From an uncultured Spirochaetota bacterium (GTDB lineage Bacteria; Spirochaetota; Spirochaetia; SZUA-6; Fen-1364), in contig CAWGAA010000001.1 in the NCBI GenBank assembly GCA_963820525.1, positions 2,144,001 to 2,208,000 on the forward strand: a stretch of 64,000 nt of DNA. The letters run 5' to 3'. Below are positions 10,006 through 17,881 of the stretch, one piece after another. The position numbers were made by a program, and so were the translations under genes. Within the stretch, counting starts at the first letter, position 1, and each line of letters opens with the position of its first letter. The notes under the pieces are model-generated. The model was not told where the DNA came from. It searched no databases and was given only the letters and a program-made list of their open reading frames with translations.

Positions 10006-10943
10006 ACGCGCTCCTCGCGCTCTTCAACATCCTGATCTTCCCCGGGCTTCTCTTTCTCCTCGTCCTCGGCCTGGCGGGCCAATGGGTGGACAGGAAGCTG
10101 TACGCCCGCCTTCAAAACAGGGTGGGCCCCCCGTGGTTCCAGCCCGTGGCCGACCTGTTCAAGCTCCTGGGAAAGGAGGAGGTGATCCCCGTGGAGGCGG
10201 ACCGGCGGATGTTCATCCTCGCCCCCGTGTTCGCCCTGGCCGCGGTGATAGCCGCTTTCCTCTATATCCCGCTGTGGAGCGTGAATCCCCTGTTTTCCTT
10301 CAATGGGGACCTGATCGTTGTGTTGTACCTGCTTCTCATCCCCACCCTCACCTTCTTTCTGGGCGGCTGGTACTCGCGGTCGATCTTCTCCACCCTGGGG
10401 GCCATCCGCTCCATCACGGTGCTCTTCGCCTACGAGATCCCCCTGCTCATCGCGCTTCTCTCTCCCGCCCTGCTCGCCGGCACGTGGTCGATCTCGGGAA
10501 TGGCGAGCTACTACGCCGCCCGTCCCTGGAACTGGACCTTCAACCTCCTTGGATTCGGCGTCGCGCTCATCACGCTCCTGGGGAAGCTGGAGAAGGTGCC
10601 CTTCGACATCCCCGAAGCGGAGACCGAGATCGTGGCGGGAAGCTTCACCGAGTACAGCGGACGCCACCTCGCCTTCTTCAGAATGGCCATCGACTGCGAG
10701 GCCATCGTTTCCTCGTCCCTGGTAGCCGCGGTGTTCCTCCCCTTCGGCTTTGGCTTTGCGCCCTGGCTCTCGGTGCCCATCTATCTGGCGAAGGTGCTCG
10801 GCATCCTGGGGGTGCTTTCGATCTTGAGGACGGTATTCGCGCGGCTTCGCCTGGATCAAATGATCGATTTCTGCTGGAGGTACGTGGCTCCGATCGCGTT
10901 CCTGCAGGTCGTGATCGACCTCGTCCTGAAGGAGTTCGTCTGA
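10002..10943 (+). CDS. NuoH/EchB/MbhM-like membrane subunit
   Basis: DRKLYARLQNRVGPPWFQPVADLFKLLGKE, PFDIPEAETEIVAG, FARLRLDQ. ATGA overlap. Confidence 0.92.
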   Translation: MNALLALFNILIFPGLLFLLVLGLAGQWVDRKLYARLQNRVGPPWFQPVADLFKLLGKEEVIPVEADRRMFILAPVFALAAVIAAFLYIPLWSVNPLFSFNGDLIVVLYLLLIPTLTFFLGGWYSRSIFSTLGAIRSITVLFAYEIPLLIALLSPALLAGTWSISGMASYYAARPWNWTFNLLGFGVALITLLGKLEKVPFDIPEAETEIVAGSFTEYSGRHLAFFRMAIDCEAIVSSSLVAAVFLPFGFGFAPWLSVPIYLAKVLGILGVLSILRTVFARLRLDQMIDFCWRYVAPIAFLQVVIDLVLKEFV

Positions 10944-10944
10944 C

Positions 10945-11352
10945 ATGAAGAAAAACCCATTTCGCAGGCCAGGAATGATGATCGAGAGCGTGCTCGCATC
11001 CCTGTTCCGAAGGCCCGCGACGATTCGCTACCCCTTCGAGAAGTTCACGATGCCCAAGGGCTTCCGGGGCATGCCCAAGTTCCGCTCGCAGTTGTGCACC
11101 GGCTGCCGGCTGTGCATCCGGGACTGCCCATCCCAGGCCATCACCATCACTAAAGTTGGGGAAAAGCGCTTCGAGGCCTCGATAGATCTGGGCAAGTGCG
11201 TGTACTGCGCCCAATGCGCCGAAACCTGCCCCCGGAAGGTGATCGAGATCACAACGGAGTTCGAGCTTGCCTCACTCGAGCGCGGCGTTTTAAAGGTAAC
11301 CTTCCATGGAGAGCCGAGCGCCCCTCAGGCGTGCCCTGACCCGGAGGCTTGA
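10945..11352 (+). CDS. NuoI/EchF-like 2x[4Fe-4S] subunit
   Basis: TIRYPFE, FRG, CTGCRLCIRDCP, CVYCAQCAETCP. Confidence 0.92.
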   Translation: MKKNPFRRPGMMIESVLASLFRRPATIRYPFEKFTMPKGFRGMPKFRSQLCTGCRLCIRDCPSQAITITKVGEKRFEASIDLGKCVYCAQCAETCPRKVIEITTEFELASLERGVLKVTFHGEPSAPQACPDPEA

Positions 11353-11848
11353 GGCCTCGAGGCCGGACCAACGCGGAGACGGCGCCTCCCAGCCCCCGCG
11401 CGGCAAGGCCGTGCCCCTTGTCGTGCTGGGGGTGGGAAGCGAGCTTCGCGGGGACGATGCCGCCGGCATCCGTGTCGCTTCCGCCCTGGCCCGGCGCCGC
11501 CTTCGGGGCGTTCGCTGCCTTGCGGGCGGAACGGCACCGGAAAACCTCACGGCGGAGATCAAGCGCCTTTCCCCCTCCCACCTCCTCATCGTGGACGCAG
11601 CCGACATGGGCAGGCCCGCGGGAAGCGTCGCTCTGATCGAGCCGGAAGAAGCGGGGGGCACCGCGTTCGGGACGCATGCGATGCCCTTAAGCGTTCTCGC
11701 AGGCTATCTCCGCCGGGAGACGGGCTGCCGCGTGACGCTGATCGGGATCCAACCCGGCTCCCTCGAGCTTGGAGCCGCCCTGTCTCCCGAGGTGGGCGAT
11801 GCCGTGGAGCAAACCGTGGAGCTGATCGCGGAGTGCCTGAGAGCCTGA
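11306..11848 (+). CDS. hycI: Hydrogenase maturation endopeptidase (start uncertain: 11306 or GTG 11411)
   Basis: VVLGVGSELRGDDAAG, GTAPEN, LLIVDAADMG, THAMPL, IGIQP. Last gene of the hydrogenase operon. Confidence 0.88.
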   Translation: MESRAPLRRALTRRLEASRPDQRGDGASQPPRGKAVPLVVLGVGSELRGDDAAGIRVASALARRRLRGVRCLAGGTAPENLTAEIKRLSPSHLLIVDAADMGRPAGSVALIEPEEAGGTAFGTHAMPLSVLAGYLRRETGCRVTLIGIQPGSLELGAALSPEVGDAVEQTVELIAECLRA

Positions 11849-11933
11849 CGCCGCGATCGCTTCGCAGCCCGCTTCCAGTGGCCGCCGGAGCGGGACATAA
11901 GTAAATTTCAATCGAGGAAAAATCGCGCGGGCC

Positions 11934-12173
11934 ATGAAACACGCGATCACCATTATTTCCTGGCTCCAAATCCTGGGCATGATCGGCTGCATGGTCCTCG
12001 TGGGAGCGACGCTTTCAGCGGCACGTGCCTATCGGGGCAGATCGGGTGAGCGCTACTCTCCCCCGAACCACTTCATCTCGGTGCCGAAGGCGCTCACCAT
12101 CGCGGGTATCGTGTTCGCTTCGACGATTCTGTGGTGTTTCAGCCTGGGGCTGTCGGTTCTGAGGGCGCTCTGA
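11934..12173 (+). CDS. Small hypothetical 2-TM membrane protein
   Basis: ATG with upstream GAGG. Two hydrophobic segments. Fills the gap and ends adjacent to the convergent gene. Confidence 0.55.
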   Translation: MKHAITIISWLQILGMIGCMVLVGATLSAARAYRGRSGERYSPPNHFISVPKALTIAGIVFASTILWCFSLGLSVLRAL

Positions 12174-13304
12174 TCAGAGGGGGATGTCCTTCTCGTAGAC
12201 CCGGTAGGTCTTCACGGGGGTGAGCTCCAGCTTCTCCAGCGCATTCCTGATCTTGAAGTTGTCTTCGAGGATGTAGTTGGCTTCCAGCCGTGTGATCCGG
12301 GACTGGAGGGCCCGGCAGATGGACGTGTAGAGAAGGACATCGAGGCCCTTGTTGTGGTATTCGGGAAGCACGGCGAGGCCGAAAAGCCTGTAGTCCTTCA
12401 CCCTCTTGATCCCGAAGAGGATGTGGATGAAGCCAAAGGGGAAGAGTCTCCCCCGCGATTTTCTGAGCGCCACGTTGAGATCGGGAAAGCCGAGGGCGTA
12501 TCCCACCGGCTTTCCCCCGTCTTCGACGAACCAGACCGCGTCGGGGTCCGCGATCGGCTTCAGCCGCTTCAACATGTCGAGAAGCTCGCCCCGGTCCAGC
12601 GGAACGTATCCCCAGTTGTCCTTGAGGGCGAGGTTTGAAATGCTCCAGATGGCTTCCGCTTCCCGCTCGAGGTTCTTCAGGGAGAGGGGACGCGCGCGGA
12701 TGCCTGGACGGCTCTCCAGGAGTTTGTCCGTAAAATCAGAGAATCTGCGGGGCAGAATGTAGCCGCGGTCCGTGCTCGCCTCATAGGCCAGGAGGTCCTT
12801 CGCCTTGCCGTAACCGAGGCCGTCCATGAAGTCGTTGTAATAGGGCGGGTTGTAAGGCGCCATGAAAACGGGGGGCGTTTCGAAGCCCGAAAGAAGGAAG
12901 CCCCAGCTCTCCGCCACGGGATGGATGGGACCGCGCACCCGGTCCATGCCCCGCGACGCGAGCCACCGGACGGCGGCCTCGTCGAGCGCCTTGGCGGCGG
13001 AGAAGTCCCGCGTGCACTCGAATGCGCCGAAGAATCCGGTCCGCGTCCCGTAGAACGCGTTGAAGTTTCGATCCACGTACGCGAGGCTCCGCCCAACGAT
13101 ATCACCGTCATTTTCAGCCAGGAGCAGGGTGTACTCGGAATGAGCCAGGACGGCGTTCCTCCGCGCCGTATACGCGCCCCGTTCGTCGGCCCAGAGGGGA
13201 GGGGCCCAGCATGGGTCTCCGCTGTAGAGAGCGCTGGGGAAGAACACGAACTTTCGCATGTCTGAAGCCGAATGCACCTCGCGCACGCGCATGGTTCCCT
13301 GCAT
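12174..13304 (-). CDS. GNAT-family N-acetyltransferase (YghO-like); start at 13304 or 13292
   Basis: GFFGAFEC, YNPPYY, NWGYVP, ALGFPDLN, GLAVLPEYHNKGLD, NYILEDN, KTYRVYEK. Confidence 0.8.
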   Translation of the reverse strand: MQGTMRVREVHSASDMRKFVFFPSALYSGDPCWAPPLWADERGAYTARRNAVLAHSEYTLLLAENDGDIVGRSLAYVDRNFNAFYGTRTGFFGAFECTRDFSAAKALDEAAVRWLASRGMDRVRGPIHPVAESWGFLLSGFETPPVFMAPYNPPYYNDFMDGLGYGKAKDLLAYEASTDRGYILPRRFSDFTDKLLESRPGIRARPLSLKNLEREAEAIWSISNLALKDNWGYVPLDRGELLDMLKRLKPIADPDAVWFVEDGGKPVGYALGFPDLNVALRKSRGRLFPFGFIHILFGIKRVKDYRLFGLAVLPEYHNKGLDVLLYTSICRALQSRITRLEANYILEDNFKIRNALEKLELTPVKTYRVYEKDIPL

Positions 13305-13464
13305 GATGCGGACTATAGCCCGAGATTCCACGGCGGAACAAGTGAGAGTCGCGTCCTGCCGCGCGAAGGCCCGCCGTGCCGAAGGCCGCGGCGGCTCCAG
13401 GCTGGGGCGGCTGAGGTGGCGCGAGGGCCCTTTCTTCTCGGCGAGATGGGAAAGCGGGCGTCCC

Positions 13465-13743
13465 TCAGCGAAGCTCGAACAACACCGCCTCTCCTCCTAT
13501 GGCGGAGATCACGGCCGGCTCCCGCCCGATTGGAAACTCTGCGCTCTGCCCGGCCTCAAGAACTATATCGAGTCCGTTTGCGCTTATCCATGCCGTTCCC
13601 GAAAGCACCCGCACGCTCCTTCTGGGAAGCGCGATGCTCAGGGCTTCAGATCGATACAGCACGAGGCGGAACGCGCGCTGCCGGACGCTCGGCGCGTCTC
13701 TCTCGGCGTTTCGAAGAAAAAGGGCCATTTCGGCTGTGCTCAT
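13465..13743 (-). CDS. DUF2917-like small cupin-fold protein
   Basis: VRVLSGTAWISANGLDIVLEAGQS pattern. GGGGAG RBS. 22 nt downstream of lrp. Confidence 0.7.
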   Translation of the reverse strand: MSTAEMALFLRNAERDAPSVRQRAFRLVLYRSEALSIALPRRSVRVLSGTAWISANGLDIVLEAGQSAEFPIGREPAVISAIGGEAVLFELR

Positions 13744-13765
13744 TTTCGCTCCCCCGCTTTCACGC

Positions 13766-14248
13766 TCAATCGTCCACGTCCTGTGCCGGCTCCACGCGCG
13801 GGGACTCCTTTCGCGTGGAAAGCACGATGTTCGTGACCGACCTGACGCTCCTCGTTGACCTTTGAATCCTTGCCATCAGCTGCTCCAATTGCTTCGGGCC
13901 GACGGCTCGCACCTTCAAGACGTAGCAGTCCTCTCCGGCCACGTGGTGGCACTCCAGGATGTCCGGCTCGTCGGCGAGGAGCGCCGTCACGCCCGACTTC
14001 CTCGCCTCCGGGCTCCCCACGGGGCCTGGCTGGACGGTAAGCCTGATGAACGCGAGGAGAGGCTTTCCCAGCTTCTCCGGGTCCACGGTCGCCACATAGC
14101 CCGTGATGATCCCTTTCTTCTCCAGCTTTTTCACCCGCTCGTGCACCGAAGAGGCGGTGAGCCCGACCTTCTGGGCTATCTCTGCGTTGGATAGCCGGGC
14201 ATTGCCCTGCAGGAGCCCGATGATCTTTCTGTCAATCACCTCTATCAT
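13766..14248 (-). CDS. Lrp/AsnC family transcriptional regulator
   Basis: IDRKIIGLLQGNARLSNAEIAQKVGLTASSVHERVKKLEKKGIITGY HTH. ECHHVAGEDCYVLKV RAM domain. Confidence 0.93.
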   Translation of the reverse strand: MIEVIDRKIIGLLQGNARLSNAEIAQKVGLTASSVHERVKKLEKKGIITGYVATVDPEKLGKPLLAFIRLTVQPGPVGSPEARKSGVTALLADEPDILECHHVAGEDCYVLKVRAVGPKQLEQLMARIQRSTRSVRSVTNIVLSTRKESPRVEPAQDVDD

Positions 14249-14254
14249 GCGAAT

Positions 14255-14283
14255 AATATACAGGCAAATCAGAAGAAAGGCAA
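14255..14283 (-). promoter_or_regulatory. Sigma70-type promoter of lrp (likely leaderless)
   Basis: Minus strand reads TTGCCT-17 nt-TATATT-6 nt-ATG. No SD sequence. Confidence 0.6.
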
Positions 14284-14288
14284 ATTTC

Positions 14289-14316
14289 ATTCGGCAAATA
14301 TTCCTTTTTGCCGAAT
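14289..14316. promoter_or_regulatory. Palindromic operator candidate
   Basis: ATTCGGCAAA-N8-TTTGCCGAAT perfect inverted repeat in an AT-rich intergenic region. GGCAAAT also occurs at 14263 and 14279. Confidence 0.55.
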
Positions 14317-14542
14317 ATTATTCGTAGCCGCTCTTTTCCGCCATGGCCCGCCGTCGGCACAGCGGCGTTTTTCTCGCTCCGCTCGAAAAGCCGCCGCAGG
14401 GCTCCGAAGCCCCCACGCGATCTTTGTCCGCTCCACGGTCCAAAAGAGCCTGAAAAAGCTGCGGCGAACAACCCGATTCTTGCTCTCCGCTCGAGAGCTT
14501 CGGCTTGTCTTTGGCCCCGGTTGTAAGCTACACTCGGCAGCT

Positions 14543-15091
14543 ATGAGAAAGCTCATCCAGCAGTATGCAAAGGACCTGACGGCGGGGAGGCTCGCCTCGG
14601 GCTTCGACCACTCATTCCGCGTCTACCATTTCACCCGCACAATCGGCGAGGGCATGGATTACGACGACGAGGTGCTGCACGCCGCCTGCTTCCTCCACGA
14701 CGTGGAGATGTCGGTGGGGCATCCCAAGAGCTCGGCCGACAAGGCCGAGGCCATCCTCCACGAGACGGGCTTCACGCCGGACAAGATCCCGCTGGTGATC
14801 GACGCCATCCTCAACCACATGCCCGACGGAAAGCCTGTTTCCACGGAAGCCAAGCTGCTGTTCGACGCGAACCTCCTGGACTCCCTGGGCGCGGTGGGCT
14901 TCGCCCGCCTCACCATCGGGGCGTTCATCTGGTACCACTACAAGACGATGCAGGAGGTCCTTACCTACGTAAAGCGGGAGCTCTCCTTCACCGAGCGGCT
15001 GCACTTCGACAAGAGCAGGCAGATCGCGGCGGAAAAGATCGCCTTCACCAAGTCCGCGGCGGAGCGCTTCGAGCGGGAGCTCGCCCTGTAG
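14543..15091 (+). CDS. HD-domain metal-dependent phosphohydrolase
   Basis: DHSFRV, AACFLHDVE, GHPKSSA, AILNH, LFDANLLDSLGAVG. Confidence 0.85.
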   Translation: MRKLIQQYAKDLTAGRLASGFDHSFRVYHFTRTIGEGMDYDDEVLHAACFLHDVEMSVGHPKSSADKAEAILHETGFTPDKIPLVIDAILNHMPDGKPVSTEAKLLFDANLLDSLGAVGFARLTIGAFIWYHYKTMQEVLTYVKRELSFTERLHFDKSRQIAAEKIAFTKSAAERFERELAL

Positions 15092-15103
15092 AGGCGAGGC
15101 CCC

Positions 15104-16321
15104 ATGACGCCGCTCTCACGCCGGCTCTTCGCCGAAGGCCACCTCATCGATTCGGGCATCATCACCCGCATCCTCAACGCCATCGTGGACGCGGGCGCCG
15201 ATTACAGGGTCGTCTCCTTCACCATGGGGAAGAGCCGAGCGGACTCATCACACCTCGAGCTGGAGCTTCGGGCCGGCACTCCCGAGACGCTGGAATCCCT
15301 TACAGGACATCTGGTCAACCTCGGCTGTTTCGAGAGAAACGCCGCCGAGGCGAAGCTCTCCCCGGCGCCGGCCCGCTCCTGCGTGCCGGAGGATTTCTAC
15401 GCCACCACAAACCGCCGCACCCAGGTCTTCCTCGCGGGAGCGTGGCGGGACGTGGCGAATCTCCGCATGGACGGGGTCATCGTGGCCCACGGGACGGACC
15501 TTCGCTGCAAGCTCATCCGCGACGTGGAGGCGGGCGAGCAGGTGGTGTGCACGAGCCGCTCCGTTCGGATCTTCCCCCTGTTCCGCGACCAGGAGAGCGG
15601 GGAGTTCGGCTTCATGGCGAGCGACGTCTCCTCCGAGCGCAGCGTCGCGGTGACCGTGGCCCGCGTGGCGGAGGAGCTCAAGCGCCAGAAGCGCGCGGGG
15701 GGAAAGGTCATCGTTGTCGCCGGGCCCGTGGTCATCCACACGGGAGGCGGACCTGCCCTGGCTTCCCTCATCCGGCAAGGATTCGTTTCGCGGCTCCTGG
15801 CAGGCAATGCCCTTGCCGTCCACGACGTCGAGAGCGCCCTGTTCGGAACTTCCCTGGGAATCGACCTGGAGACGGGCCTGCCTGTCGCCGAGGGACACAG
15901 GAACCACATCCGCGCCATCAATGCAGTTTTTCGCGCCGGCTCCCTCCGCGCCGCCGTGGAGAACGGAACTCTCACGCGCGGCGTCATGTACGAAGCCGTG
16001 AAGGCGGGGGTGCCCTTCATCCTGGCGGGGTCGCTGCGGGACGATGGGCCGCTGCCCGAGACCGAGATGGACATGCTGGCGGCCCAGCGCAGATACATGG
16101 AGGAGGCAAGGGGCGCCACGATGGCGATCATGCTCTCCACCATGCTCCATTCCATCGCGACGGGAAACATGATCCCCGCCTGGGTGAAGACGATCTGCGT
16201 TGACATCAACCCCGCCGTCGTGACAAAACTCTCCGATAGAGGCTCCGGCCAGTCCATCGGTATCGTGACGGACGTGGGGCTGTTCTTGAGGTCTCTGGAA
16301 GAAAAACTCCGCTCGAGGTGA
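15104..16321 (+). CDS. TIGR00300-family (LOR/SDH-related) ornithine cyclodeaminase-like protein
   Basis: EGHLIDSG, PEDFYATTN, RMDG, FGFMASDVSSER, GPVVIHTG, GNALAVHD, LAGSLRDDGPLP, TMLHSIATGNM, VDINPAVVTKLSDRGS. Confidence 0.88.
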   Translation: MTPLSRRLFAEGHLIDSGIITRILNAIVDAGADYRVVSFTMGKSRADSSHLELELRAGTPETLESLTGHLVNLGCFERNAAEAKLSPAPARSCVPEDFYATTNRRTQVFLAGAWRDVANLRMDGVIVAHGTDLRCKLIRDVEAGEQVVCTSRSVRIFPLFRDQESGEFGFMASDVSSERSVAVTVARVAEELKRQKRAGGKVIVVAGPVVIHTGGGPALASLIRQGFVSRLLAGNALAVHDVESALFGTSLGIDLETGLPVAEGHRNHIRAINAVFRAGSLRAAVENGTLTRGVMYEAVKAGVPFILAGSLRDDGPLPETEMDMLAAQRRYMEEARGATMAIMLSTMLHSIATGNMIPAWVKTICVDINPAVVTKLSDRGSGQSIGIVTDVGLFLRSLEEKLRSR

Positions 16322-16329
16322 CGACTCGC

Positions 16330-17878
16330 ATGGAACAAAACGCGCGCGCTCGGGAGCTCCATCCCCTGGAAATCAAGGTTCTCATCGCCTACGGCGCGGG
16401 AGACGAGCTGACCAACGCCCGGCTCGCCCGGGAGCTGGATTTCAAGGAAGGCCAGGCCAACCAGGCGCTGAGCTGGCTGTCTGCAAAGGGCTTCGTGACG
16501 GAGAGGGGGCGCCGAACCCGGGTGCTCTTCGAGATCACCGAGCTGGGCAGGGAGTGCGTCCAGAAAGGGACACCCGAGGAGAGGATCCTGGACCTCATCG
16601 AGGAAGAAGGCCCCAAAACTCTGCCCGAGATCTCAGGCACGCTGGGCATCGAGGGCAGGGACGTCGGGTCCGCGTTCGGCATCCTGGCCAAGGACGGGGC
16701 GCTCTCCATGGCCGAGGACAAGCGGGTGGCTATTGCAAAAAAAGGGAGGCCGCCGCGGGTCCTGCTGACGCGGGCGCTTCTGGAGCGGGCCATGCAATCG
16801 GGATCTCTCGACGAGGGAGAAGCTCACCAAGGAGGAGGGGGACCTCATCGTCTCCCTGGCCAAGAAGAGGGGCGCCGCATCGAGCCTCTTCCGCCTGGTG
16901 GAGCACGAGGAGGTCACCTACGCGGTCACCCGGGAGGGGGGCGCCGCGCGGGAAGGCCTGAAGAAGGCCGGCGCCACGGGAGAGGAGATCGGGGCCCTCA
17001 CCCCGGAGCTCCTCAAGAACGGGGCCTGGAAGTCCAGGAGCTTCCGGCGGTACAACATCGACGTTCCCCCCTCCCGGGTCCTTACGGGGCGGAAGAACCC
17101 CTACTGCTCGTTTCTCGACAGGCTGAAGGACAAGCTCGCCTCGCTGGGCTTCGAGGAGTTCGATGGGCCGCTGGTGGAGACCGAGTTCTGGAACTGCGAT
17201 GCCCTGTTCATGCCCCAGTTCCATTCCGCCCGCGACATCCACGACGTCTACCATTTGAAAGATCCCACCCACGCGAAGGCGATCGAGCAGCCCTTCCTCG
17301 ACCAGGTGGCGGCGGCGCACGAGAACGGCTGGAAGACGGGAAGCCGCGGCTGGGGGTACCGGTTCGACCGCGATTTCACCCGCAGGCTCATCCTTCGCAG
17401 CCAGGGCACCGTGCTCTCGGCCAAGACCCTGCCCCGCGCCAAGGTGCCGGGCAAGTACTTCGGGGTCGTGCGCTGCTTCCGCTACGACAAGGTGGACGCG
17501 ACGCACCTGTCCGACTTCTATCAGACCGAGGGAATCGTTCTGGGCGAGGAGGTGAACCTCCGCACGCTCCTAGGCCTGCTGAAAATGTTCGCCGAGGAGG
17601 TGGCGCTGGCCAGGGAGGTGAAGTACGTGCCCGGTTTCTTCCCCTTCACCGAGCCTTCCGTGGAGGTGCACATCAAGCATCCAACCCTGGGATGGTTCGA
17701 GCTGGGCGGCTCGGGGATCTTCCGCCCCGAGGTCACCGAGCCCCTGGGGATAAAGGTCCCCGTGCTCGCCTGGGGGATCGGGATCGACAGGATGGCCATG
17801 GTCTCGATGGGGCTCTCCGATATCCGGGACCTCTTCTCCAATACCCTAGAAGAGGTCCGAATGAGGAGGATCAGCTAG
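16330..17878 (+). CDS. pheS: Phenylalanyl-tRNA synthetase alpha subunit, long archaeal/eukaryal type; apparent +1 frameshift at 16815-16817
   Basis: N-terminal LHPLE...GTPEERI winged-helix domains. After removing one G the frame joins FWNCDALFMPQFHSARDIHD, FRYDKVDATHLSDFYQTEG, FFPFTEPSVE, AWGIGIDRMAM. Confidence 0.92.
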
Positions 17879-17881
17879 GCC

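Noticed and set aside
8391..10943. 850-aa ORF looking like a hydrogenase-NuoH fusion
   Set aside because: Artefact of the +1 insertion near 9069. The middle third is out-of-frame sequence, and the NuoH-like gene has its own ATG at 10002.
2028..11352. Annotation as NADH:quinone oxidoreductase (nuo) or Mbx/Mbs
   Set aside because: All four NiFe cysteines, a CxxC small subunit and a maturation protease are present, and there is no NuoEFG.
14317..14500. Riboswitch or tRNA in the lrp-HD intergenic region
   Set aside because: No cloverleaf or recognisable riboswitch consensus by eye. An Rfam scan would be needed to exclude it fully.
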